Of a DNA stretch of 24,624 nt, positions 18,016-24,624 are shown piece by piece. The position numbers were made by a program, and so were the translations under genes. Positions within the stretch are counted from its first letter, which is position 1; each line of letters opens with the position of its first letter. The notes beneath the pieces are model-generated. The model made no database searches. It had not been told where the DNA came from and saw only the letters and a list, made by a program, of their open reading frames with translations. The stretch is from the IMG/VR virus record IMGVR_UViG_3300025617_000113, positions 1 to 24,624 of that record. The stretch is one strand, 5' to 3'. Source of the stretch: a virus. Lineage: Duplodnaviria > Caudoviricetes.

Positions 18016-18231
18016 TTAATTTGTAAAAGTTGTATACCAATTATAATAATCTTCTACACTATAAAGATTTGATGTTGATATATTTTTTTCTACTTTATTT
18101 TTTTCTGTAGTTTTACCTGTCATGTCTTTAAACGCACTTGCTTCTGCTTCTGCTTTTAATAAAACTATTGCAGCTTCACATGTTATTAGTTCGTACTTTA
18201 AAAGATCTTCTACTATTTTTGTTACAGTCAT
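18016..18231 (-). CDS. Hypothetical protein (71 aa)
   Basis: Fills the operon gap; leader AAAATTAAAAATT-ATG is the same as that of the MCP. Confidence 0.65.
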   Translation of the reverse strand: MTVTKIVEDLLKYELITCEAAIVLLKAEAEASAFKDMTGKTTEKNKVEKNISTSNLYSVEDYYNWYTTFTN

Positions 18232-18245
18232 AATTTTTAATTTTT

Positions 18246-18569
18246 TTATTGTTCATTTATTTGTTTTACTATCATTTCTTCTGCTTCTTCTGTAGTAACA
18301 GCATTCCAAAATTTTTTAGGACATTCACTAGATAATGATCTTAACTTAAATTCTAAACTACACCCACAATCTGAACAACATGGTTGTGTTTTTGGAACAG
18401 CACATTGTGTACCTATATCATCATAAAAACTACAATTAAAACATATCTTTTGTCTTGATGTTGCTATTGCTTCAATATGATCTTTTTTAAATGTATTATT
18501 CTTAATACCCTCAAGTATTTTATCTGCATTTTTAAAAGCTCCTAGTAGTTTATTTATTCTATTTGCCAT
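18246..18569 (-). CDS. Zn-finger protein (107 aa)
   Basis: RQKICFNC...QC...CCSDCGCSLEFKLRSLSSECPKKFW; 8 Cys. Confidence 0.75.
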   Translation of the reverse strand: MANRINKLLGAFKNADKILEGIKNNTFKKDHIEAIATSRQKICFNCSFYDDIGTQCAVPKTQPCCSDCGCSLEFKLRSLSSECPKKFWNAVTTEEAEEMIVKQINEQ

Positions 18570-18924
18570 ATTTCTTCTCTATAAATTTTCTTTTATTATC
18601 TTTATCTTCTAAAAGCTGTTCATATGCATTAGTCATAATGTCAATATTTTCTTGTATTAATTCACTTTTAGTATATCCATTATATGTTCTTTTTGTAAGG
18701 TTACCAAGTTTACTTTTATATACTTTAATTTTATTTTCTAATTTTTTATTTCTCAAATAAAATGTTCCTAAATTATCTATGTATATTCTTGGATAAACTA
18801 GATTAGACAATGAACTTCTAACTTTAGAATAATAAAAACTTACAAAGTCATCAACAACTTGTTTATGAACTCCTACTTCTTCAGCTATTCCATCTTTAAA
18901 TATTTTATGACTCTTGGGATTCAC
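18559..18924 (-). CDS. IHF/HU-like DNA-binding protein
   Basis: IAEEVGVHKQVVDDFV...RIYIDNLGTFYL fits the HU/IHF helix-helix plus I.I..(F/L)G.F strand; divergent IHF homologues are known in crAss-like phages. Confidence 0.7.
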   Translation of the reverse strand: MNPKSHKIFKDGIAEEVGVHKQVVDDFVSFYYSKVRSSLSNLVYPRIYIDNLGTFYLRNKKLENKIKVYKSKLGNLTKRTYNGYTKSELIQENIDIMTNAYEQLLEDKDNKRKFIEKKYGK

Positions 18925-19276
18925 TACCTAGTATTTTATAATCTAATAATACATAACCATCTGTTTGAACATTAATAATATCATTAATTGATATTGTTTT
19001 TTTGTTCTTACCTTTTTTTAAAATAAGTTTCTTCTTAGTAATCTTATTTATTGCATTTCTAGCTGACTGCGGACTTTTAAATATATTTTTATCAGTAAGA
19101 TGTATACAAAATTTAGTTATTTCAGTATTAGGATTTTTTGCTAATTCAGCTATACAACCTAAATCAGAAATACTTAACTGTATACCTTCAAAAAAACAAT
19201 ATGTTAATATTTGAAATTTTATTGTTTCATTAATATCAACTTTTAATTTTATATCTACTTTATTTACTGTTGCCAT
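18905..19276 (-). CDS. Putative winged-HTH DNA-binding protein (123 aa)
   Basis: Basic; SPQSARNAINKITKKKLILK followed by beta-wing-like segment. Confidence 0.55.
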   Translation of the reverse strand: MATVNKVDIKLKVDINETIKFQILTYCFFEGIQLSISDLGCIAELAKNPNTEITKFCIHLTDKNIFKSPQSARNAINKITKKKLILKKGKNKKTISINDIINVQTDGYVLLDYKILGSESQES

Positions 19277-19278
19277 AA

Positions 19279-20169
19279 TTATAATCTTAATATCATTTCA
19301 ACTAACTTAGCATGAGGATAACAATCTGTTTTATCTTTTCTTACATTAGTATGAGTAAGTAAACCTTTTACTTTTCCTAAATATGCATCTTCATGAAAAT
19401 CAAATGCTTTATTAGCACCATACTTCTTAATCCATTTTTGCAATCCTTCTCTAATATCAATATTGTCTCTATCAGCAATATATTTCAACCACTTCTCAGT
19501 TTCTTCTATTTGTTTATCTGAGTAATTATGCCACTTTGAATATCCTCTAAAAGGTTCAGCTAATGTATATACTTCAGAATCATTAACTAAACTTCCAAAA
19601 TATGTTTTATTATTTTCATCCAAGTAACCGGTTGAACATAATTCTAAACCAACTGAATGTCTATTCATATGTCTAGATCCTGTTTTACCAAGATGCCATC
19701 CTTGACCGCCATCAGGAAATGCTTGAACCATAACACCATCATATTTGTTTAGATCAAACTTATTATGTGACCTACCTCCTAATACAAATTCAGTGGCTAT
19801 TCTACCTCTTGAATCTTTAGCCCAATGATCAATACATTTATATGGATTATCTCTACCAGCTGTATGATGTAAGAAAACATATTCATTCTTTATAGGCCCA
19901 TTTATATATTCACCTTCAGGTAAATAATGTTTATGAATTACTTGATTATACTCTGTTATAAAATATTGTTTAGAAGTATCACTATCTAATTCAGATTCTA
20001 AATCTAATATAAACTGCCAAGTTTGTTCACTTGGATTACCTGTTATAACTAAGTTATTTTCTTTTTGAAACTCTTTTACTTTAGCAATAGTATTAGGTCC
20101 ATACAATCCATCTGGTTTTGCACCAACAGCTTTTTGTAGAATCTTAATATTTTGTTTAGTAAGATTCAT
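19279..20169 (-). CDS. Endolysin: peptidoglycan-binding domain plus N-acetylmuramoyl-L-alanine amidase (296 aa)
   Basis: LQKAVGAKPDGLYGPNT..KVKEFQKENNL..TG (PG-binding); FLHHTAG, GWHLG, SVGLE, LLTH, KTDCYP (Amidase_2 Zn ligands). Start reassigned to the ATG at 20169, removing overlap with the upstream gene. Confidence 0.88.
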   Translation of the reverse strand: MNLTKQNIKILQKAVGAKPDGLYGPNTIAKVKEFQKENNLVITGNPSEQTWQFILDLESELDSDTSKQYFITEYNQVIHKHYLPEGEYINGPIKNEYVFLHHTAGRDNPYKCIDHWAKDSRGRIATEFVLGGRSHNKFDLNKYDGVMVQAFPDGGQGWHLGKTGSRHMNRHSVGLELCSTGYLDENNKTYFGSLVNDSEVYTLAEPFRGYSKWHNYSDKQIEETEKWLKYIADRDNIDIREGLQKWIKKYGANKAFDFHEDAYLGKVKGLLTHTNVRKDKTDCYPHAKLVEMILRL

Positions 20170-20170
20170 T

Positions 20171-20449
20171 TTAATCTTCTTTAAAGTTTTTAACAGCCTC
20201 CATAAATGCTTTAGCTTCTTCATTAGGTTCTTGACCTTCTGGAGTTTCAGCAAAAGCCTGTGCCATAAATGTTTGTGCTTGTAATCTTTCAGCTCTAGAT
20301 TTTTCAATACTAGCTAAAAGCTCTTCATACTCTGCCTGAATTTTAAGATGTGGTAAATTATCTTTGTAAAATTTTGTAATCTCTTCTCTACGTTTCTTTA
20401 ATTCTTCTGGAGAAAGATTTGGATTTTTTTCATCTAATTTTTTACTCAT
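20171..20449 (-). CDS. Hypothetical helical protein (92 aa)
   Basis: Charged coiled-coil-like ORF; stop 1 nt before the amidase start; no transmembrane segment. Confidence 0.75.
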   Translation of the reverse strand: MSKKLDEKNPNLSPEELKKRREEITKFYKDNLPHLKIQAEYEELLASIEKSRAERLQAQTFMAQAFAETPEGQEPNEEAKAFMEAVKNFKED

Positions 20450-20476
20450 AATATTTTAATATAAATTTGTTGTTTA

Positions 20477-20493
20477 CAAATCTATACAAAAAA
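20477..20493 (-). promoter_or_regulatory. Bacteroidota-type -7 promoter element TAGATTTG
   Basis: Minus strand TTTTTTGTATAGATTTGTAAAC contains TAnnTTTG about 28 nt upstream of the ATG at 20449. Confidence 0.5.
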
Positions 20494-20643
20494 TATTTAA
20501 ATAAAAAAAGTTTAATTTAAAATTGATAACTTCTTAAACCTCCTCTGCACTCTCTTTTACTTCCTGAAGTACACTTATTTCTTTTTAGTGGTTGAGGTCT
20601 ACTTGTATCTGGTACGTTTCTTGATCTAGGTTTTTTAGATTTG

Positions 20644-20937
20644 TTACCACTTTACTTTATCTGCCCAATAAGCCGCAGACATTTTGCCTTTTTTTATATT
20701 TTTAGCATGTCTAGCTTTAAATGATGCTCGTTTCTTTTTCATTTTAGCTGACTCACCTACTTTAGGTTTACCAGCTGTACTAGCGCCTTGTTCACCAAAA
20801 CGAATAGTTTTAATCTTATCACCCTCCTTAGCTACAACAATGTGAGACTTCTTAGGATGCCCAGGTGTACGTTTAGGTTTATTAAATCCTGATACACCTG
20901 CTTTAGCTAATCTACTATCTTTTTTCTTAACTGCCAT
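20644..20937 (-). CDS. Small Lys-rich protein (97 aa)
   Basis: KKSHIVVAKEGDKIKTIRFGEQG...RASFKARH...SAAYWADKVKW, a basic family recurrent in aquatic phages; function unknown. Confidence 0.8.
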   Translation of the reverse strand: MAVKKKDSRLAKAGVSGFNKPKRTPGHPKKSHIVVAKEGDKIKTIRFGEQGASTAGKPKVGESAKMKKKRASFKARHAKNIKKGKMSAAYWADKVKW

Positions 20938-20939
20938 AA

Positions 20940-21467
20940 TTAATGTGCTTTAGCTTGTATAACAATCCACTCTGTACCATCAGACCAGATAGATACACCT
21001 TCATATCTTTTGGAAATCTCAAAATCTGATCCACCATCTATAGTCTCTCCTGGAGCTGGAGTAATAAAAATCTTATCTTGTGCTCCATTATCTAAACTAC
21101 CATCTGTAATAATTCTAATATTTCTATATGGTAATGAAGATGCAAGAGGTAAATTAAGAATATAGTTTCCACTTCCAAGACCATCCCAAGATATATCTAT
21201 TAAGTTATAATTAGTGGGCATTGTAGAAGATCCTCCAGCACCAGCTAAAAGATTAAAAGGTTCTAGTGTGACTAGTTTAGAAGTATTATTGTTTACAAAA
21301 GATACTAGGTCTTTTGCTAATATTAATTCTGTATCTACCTTTGGATTTGGTTTTAATCTTTCATGGGGTGTTTCATATCTAGATATAATAAAATAATCAT
21401 CTAGTTTAGGTGTCTTAACTTTCTTTCTTGAAAGCATACCCATCATATCTTGTAATATTGTACTCAT
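20940..21467 (-). CDS. Putative virion fibre/decoration domain protein (175 aa)
   Basis: C-terminal LNLPLA...ETIDG...YEGVSIWSDGTEW beta-sandwich pattern common in phage structural proteins. Confidence 0.6.
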   Translation of the reverse strand: MSTILQDMMGMLSRKKVKTPKLDDYFIISRYETPHERLKPNPKVDTELILAKDLVSFVNNNTSKLVTLEPFNLLAGAGGSSTMPTNYNLIDISWDGLGSGNYILNLPLASSLPYRNIRIITDGSLDNGAQDKIFITPAPGETIDGGSDFEISKRYEGVSIWSDGTEWIVIQAKAH

Positions 21468-21769
21468 CTTTTCTTTCCTTTATGTAAACCATGTTTAGCA
21501 TGTTGTTTACCTTTTTTAGTGGCTTCTCTTTTCTTTTTATTAGCGGCTGCTAATTTCTTTCTGCCTGCTGCAGTACTTTTTAATTTAGAAATAGTTCTAG
21601 AAGGTGCATATACCTCACCAGTTTCAGAAGACTTTTTACCAGAAGCAGTTCTCCATTTTTGTTTGGTCCATCTATCTAAACTCTTTTGTCTTTTAGTTTT
21701 TGTAGATCCACCTTTTTTATAGACACTTTTAGCCATTGGCTTTGCTGCTTTAGTTTTTTTAGCTTTCAT
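21464..21769 (-). CDS. Lys-rich protein, DUF5872-like C-terminal half (101 aa)
   Basis: QKSLDRWTKQKWRT..GK...TGEVYAP...KKKREATKKGKQ. Confidence 0.7.
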   Translation of the reverse strand: MKAKKTKAAKPMAKSVYKKGGSTKTKRQKSLDRWTKQKWRTASGKKSSETGEVYAPSRTISKLKSTAAGRKKLAAANKKKREATKKGKQHAKHGLHKGKKR

Positions 21770-21771
21770 TA

Positions 21772-21978
21772 CTATTTCTTTTTACTTTTATATCCTCCAC
21801 CAGCAGCTTTATAACGCTTAGCTAACATTTGAGCTTTACGTGCAGACCACTGTCCAGGTGCTCCACCTTTTCCACCAGCTTTAATAGAATTAAATAATCT
21901 TTTACGCATTGTAGGCTTCGTATAATTACCCGATGCATTTACCGTACTTTTTTTCTTAGTTGTTTTTCTTAACGTCAT
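21772..21978 (-). CDS. Lys-rich protein, DUF5872-like N-terminal half (68 aa)
   Basis: NYTKPTMRKRL...IKAGGKGGAPGQWSARKAQMLAKRYKAAGGGY. Confidence 0.75.
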   Translation of the reverse strand: MTLRKTTKKKSTVNASGNYTKPTMRKRLFNSIKAGGKGGAPGQWSARKAQMLAKRYKAAGGGYKSKKK

Positions 21979-22124
21979 ATTATTTTTTTCTCTGTGTCGA
22001 ACAATGCGTATTGACTAATTCCTTTCTTAGCTTTATAAACACTATTGTGTTCGACCAGTTTATAACTGTTCTCTCCAAGCTTAACCCAGTAATGGTTATT
22101 CGGAGCTTTTACTCTTGTCTTCAT
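21975..22124 (-). CDS. Small basic hypothetical protein (about 49 aa; start uncertain)
   Basis: MKTRVKAPNNHYWVKLGENSYKL...; 4-nt overlap with the next gene; the ATG at 22124 minimises overlap with the upstream gene. Confidence 0.55.
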   Translation of the reverse strand: MKTRVKAPNNHYWVKLGENSYKLVEHNSVYKAKKGISQYALFDTEKKII

Positions 22125-22524
22125 CAAGTTGTTGCTGTAGTTTTTGAATTTCAATTTTATTGGATCCATTATCATCATCCAATTTTAATTTAAGTATTTG
22201 ATCTATTAATTTACTTTGCATAACTTTTTTAATTTCAAAACATTTTTCATATTCTTCTTTTTCTTCAAAGTGTTCAACCATCAATTCTACGATTTTATCG
22301 TTTACATCTTCAAGAGGATCATGTGCAAATAAACCTATGTTATAATCTTCTAAAAGAAACTCTTCATATTCTTGTTTTAACAATTCATCAAATGTCTTTC
22401 TTTTAGTCAACATCAAATATGAATTTTCAAATGCAATATCTATAATCATATTTTCTACTTCTTCAATGTTATCTAATCCTCCAATAGGAGGAATAGGCAT
22501 TCCGTTGTTATCTTCAAAATTCAT
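22096..22524 (-). CDS. Acidic hypothetical protein with UVR-like EEYEKC motif (142 aa)
   Basis: Start moved to MNFEDNN at 22524 because the extension is poly-A/promoter-like sequence; HFEEKEEYEKCFEIKK motif. Confidence 0.7.
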   Translation of the reverse strand: MNFEDNNGMPIPPIGGLDNIEEVENMIIDIAFENSYLMLTKRKTFDELLKQEYEEFLLEDYNIGLFAHDPLEDVNDKIVELMVEHFEEKEEYEKCFEIKKVMQSKLIDQILKLKLDDDNGSNKIEIQKLQQQLDEDKSKSSE

Positions 22525-22537
22525 ATTCTCTACTACA

Positions 22538-22558
22538 ATAATATACAATTTTTTTTTC
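22538..22558 (-). promoter_or_regulatory. Candidate promoter at the head of the late block (TTGTATATTAT)
   Basis: Shares the 11-mer TTGTATATTAT with 4015-4025; lies just upstream of the first minus-strand gene. Confidence 0.45.
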
Positions 22559-22836
22559 TTCTTATCAAGAACTATATCCCCGGTATACATATCGAAAAAC
22601 AACATCCCCCTGGTACACCTAGCCCATGCAAATAAACACTCACATAATGGTATTGGTAATTATCCATGTATTGCATTGGCGTTGGGTATAACAAAACTAA
22701 TCCCCAACAATTTTTTGAGATACCTATACCCCCTATGGTTAGGTGATAGCAAAAACAAAATGTCAAATAACAAGGCAATGTTTTTGTGTGTGGGAAATAT
22801 AAGTATTTCTATACTACTCTACAGCTTGGTTGTACA

Positions 22837-22855
22837 CTACTGCTCCCAAGCTATT
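22837..22855 (+). repeat. CTACTGCTCCCAAGCTATT dispersed repeat, copy 1
   Basis: 18/19 identical to 24391-24409; partial copy ACTGCTCCGCAGCT at 24370-24383. Confidence 0.75.
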
Positions 22856-22920
22856 TTTTGTCGGATAAATGCAGTCTCCACAAGCACTGCTACAAAATTA
22901 AATTAACTATATAAATCAAA

Positions 22921-23295
22921 ATGAAAAGTTTATTCTTTAACAAAAAAAATGTTTCTGCTAATGGTAAAATTAGCTTTGTATTCACAGATCGTCCAAGTGT
23001 TGTAACTGAATCAACCAAGACAATCAAAATCACTAACCCTGAAACGGGTGAGGTTACTGAACGTACTATTGGTGTTAAGTCTGCCAATACTGATGGACCA
23101 TTAACTTATGGTGTATTCTATGTACGTGATGCTGAAACTAAAGACGTGGTACATGATGAAAACCATGAGGACATTCAATTCTTCTCTTCATTGGTTAAAA
23201 ACACTGAAGTGGAAGGTATGACCTTATCTGAGGAATTCATCATTGACCAACGTACTAATGAGCCTACATCACTTAAATGGGTTCGTACTACATAA
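22921..23295 (+). CDS. Hypothetical protein, first divergent (probably early) gene (124 aa)
   Basis: A-rich leader, codon bias (CGT, TTC, GGT) and a terminator directly after; beta-rich; family not recognised. Confidence 0.8.
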   Translation: MKSLFFNKKNVSANGKISFVFTDRPSVVTESTKTIKITNPETGEVTERTIGVKSANTDGPLTYGVFYVRDAETKDVVHDENHEDIQFFSSLVKNTEVEGMTLSEEFIIDQRTNEPTSLKWVRTT

Positions 23296-23306
23296 CAATA
23301 CTAAAT

Positions 23307-23335
23307 GGGAGAGTGTAAAAGCTCTCCCTTTTATT
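23307..23335 (+). terminator. Intrinsic terminator/hairpin
   Basis: GGGAGAGT-GTAAAA-GCTCTCCC-TTTTATT. Confidence 0.8.
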
Positions 23336-23357
23336 AACAATTTAAATAAAGAAAGAA

Positions 23358-23588
23358 ATGCCAAAAGTAATAAACCTATTAGAACAAGAACCTATTCAAC
23401 TAATTTTTTTAGTTAATACAGAATCAGAAACACTAACTACAAAGTGTCTTGATGTATTACATTGGGATGCTATACAATTAATAGCAAGAGATGTTGATGG
23501 CTTTGATATCATAACTGTAACCAGAGGTGATAAAAAGTTTGTAGCCTTAGGCTATTGGAATGATGGAGCTGTAAAACTTCCTTTTTAA
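23358..23588 (+). CDS. Hypothetical protein (76 aa)
   Basis: A-rich leader; ends LPF; co-oriented with neighbours. Confidence 0.65.
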   Translation: MPKVINLLEQEPIQLIFLVNTESETLTTKCLDVLHWDAIQLIARDVDGFDIITVTRGDKKFVALGYWNDGAVKLPF

Positions 23589-23638
23589 ATATAAGGGTTT
23601 AACATTGACCTTGAGTAATTCATACCCTTAAACTAGAT

Positions 23639-23668
23639 AAGCTTGTTGTCAATGGCAAGCTTTTTTTT
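23639..23668 (+). terminator. Intrinsic terminator
   Basis: AAGCTTGTTG-TCAA-TGGCAAGC followed by T8. Confidence 0.75.
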
Positions 23669-23852
23669 AATAACATTTAGTACTACTGTCCTTTATACTA
23701 AATATACTCAAAGAAAATGAATATTGGCCATTAGGCTGTATCATACCTAGAGTATTGCTTCAACTATAGATAAGAAGTAATATGCTCAGAAACGTTAAAA
23801 CCATTCTTTGAGATGCATTTAGCAGTATAAAGATAAAGCAGTAGTACTATTT

Positions 23853-23878
23853 AATCAGGGTGTGTAATAGCACCCTTT
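23853..23878 (+). repeat. Hairpin direct repeat, copy 1 (AATCAGGGTGTGTAATAGCACCCTTT)
   Basis: Near-identical to 24163-24189; GGGTGT/GCACCC stem. Confidence 0.75.
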
Positions 23879-23903
23879 AATTAACAATTTAACACAAAAA
23901 ACA

Positions 23904-24176
23904 ATGAAAGAACATTCAATTATAAACCTACGTGCAATACTTCATACACTCACTGAATATCAATTAGAAAAAAGAATAGAATACAATAATGAACTTATGA
24001 AAGCATTAGATGTAATAGAAAGTAAGGATATAACATTAACAGAGGAACAAGCTATGTATTTTCCAAAATGTACTATTGAAAATCAATTTTATAATTGTCA
24101 ATTAGAAATAATAAGACTACATAGAAGATTTAAAGAAGATTTGGCAGAACAGATTAATAAAGAATCAGGGGTGTGA
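23904..24176 (+). CDS. Hypothetical helical protein (90 aa)
   Basis: A-rich leader; its stop codon lies inside the second hairpin repeat. Confidence 0.7.
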   Translation: MKEHSIINLRAILHTLTEYQLEKRIEYNNELMKALDVIESKDITLTEEQAMYFPKCTIENQFYNCQLEIIRLHRRFKEDLAEQINKESGV

Positions 24177-24197
24177 AATAACACCCTTTTTTATTTT
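24163..24197 (+). terminator. Terminator = hairpin direct repeat, copy 2
   Basis: AATCAGGGGTGTGAAATAACACCC followed by TTTTTTATTTT. Confidence 0.75.
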
Positions 24198-24206
24198 ATT
24201 ACTATA

Positions 24207-24338
24207 TAGCAGAATGAATCATTTCCTATATAGAAGAAAGTGTTTTCCCCTTATATAAAAATGAGACTCAGTGTCTGATTATCAGCTATTTACAAAATAG
24301 AGTTTTTTTTATTTATTGCTTATTTAGTAGCAGAATGA
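24207..24338 (+). repeat. TAGCAGAATGA direct repeat
   Basis: Exact 11-mer at 24207-24217 and 24328-24338, each preceded by a TTTTTTATTT tract. Confidence 0.55.
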
Positions 24339-24369
24339 GTGAAATATGTAGAATATTATATGTTTCTAC

Positions 24370-24409
24370 ACTGCTCCGCAGCTTTTTTCTCTACTGCTCC
24401 CCAGCTATT
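24370..24409 (+). repeat. Tandem ACTGCTCC-N-CAGCT repeat, copies 2-3
   Basis: ACTGCTCCGCAGCT (24370-24383) and CTACTGCTCCCCAGCTATT (24391-24409). Confidence 0.75.
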
Positions 24410-24624
24410 GCTTGTACACACAATTACCTATAAAAAACTTTAATTTATTGGTGTAAACAATTAATAATGTGTGTGTTACAGAGTGTGTGTATCAGAATAA
24501 CCCACAAATCATTATATATATCACTACTATAAAACTCACTACTTCCTATTAAATAATATAGCTAACTAGCATAACTACTAGTGAAGCTACTACATATTCC
24601 TTATTACTCTTATTAATACTACTA

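Noticed and set aside
20170-20307. 46-aa N-terminal extension of the amidase as a signal/anchor
   Set aside because: It overlaps the 92-aa gene out of frame; the ATG at 20169 directly follows that gene's stop and starts at the PG-binding domain.
792-21722. Plus-strand ORFs from the track inside the late block (e.g. 792-977, 1788-1976, 3282-3485, 6547-6744, 8790-9582, 10487-11056, 11295-11561, 12223-12576, 16285-16521, 18563-18760, 19002-19214, 21214-21396, 21519-21722)
   Set aside because: All are antisense shadows of convincing minus-strand genes, with Ser/Phe/Leu-rich mirror composition and no motifs.
21960-23087. ORFs 21960-22193(+), 22466-22906(+), 22572-22778(-) and 22890-23087(-)
   Set aside because: They overlap better-supported genes or motifs, have atypical composition and lack A-rich leaders; 22466-22906 cannot be fully excluded.
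22837-24409. CRISPR mini-array (given repeats and a Cas4-like nuclease)
   Set aside because: Repeats are few, of different families and irregularly spaced; the nuclease lacks the Cas4 four-Cys cluster.
11051-24568. 13-nt match ATATAGCTAACTA at 11051-11063 and 24556-24568
   Set aside because: AT-rich 13-mers are expected to recur by chance in 24 kb at this composition, and the contexts differ.
1-24624. Stop-codon reassignment (TAG or TGA) as in some crAss-like phages
   Set aside because: TerL, portal and MCP are full length in the standard code, and TAG (portal) and TGA (3252, 18905) end genes at sensible boundaries.
22560-24624. tRNA genes in the non-coding right end
   Set aside because: No cloverleaf or GTTCRA T-loop in a tRNA context found by eye; tRNAscan-SE would confirm.

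Overview
AT-rich (roughly 30% GC by eye) segment of a tailed dsDNA phage, most consistent with a crAss-like (Crassvirales-type) phage of an environmental Bacteroidota/Flavobacteria host. Positions 1-22524 form one minus-strand late/structural block. In transcription order it holds small Lys-rich proteins, an amidase endolysin, wHTH and IHF/HU-like proteins, a Zn-finger protein, a PD-(D/E)XK nuclease, GroES, terminase large subunit, portal, acidic scaffold-like protein, major capsid protein, a conserved post-capsid protein, a ring/neck protein, a Dps-like ferritin, an auxiliary capsid-like protein and fibre genes. From about 22525 a divergent, repeat- and hairpin-rich region carries three small plus-strand (probably early) genes. 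The ORF track missed two convincing genes: a fibre gene running off the left edge (1-1090) and a 45-aa Cys/His microprotein (3252-3389). The most notable items are a roofless, T4 gp31-like GroES overlapping terL, a Dps gene inside the head operon, hairpin direct repeats flanking early genes, a recurring CTACTGCTCC-CAGCT element, an AAACCAA leader motif, a candidate late promoter and a Cys-rich virion gene block. All family calls come from motif recognition and gene order, not database searches.
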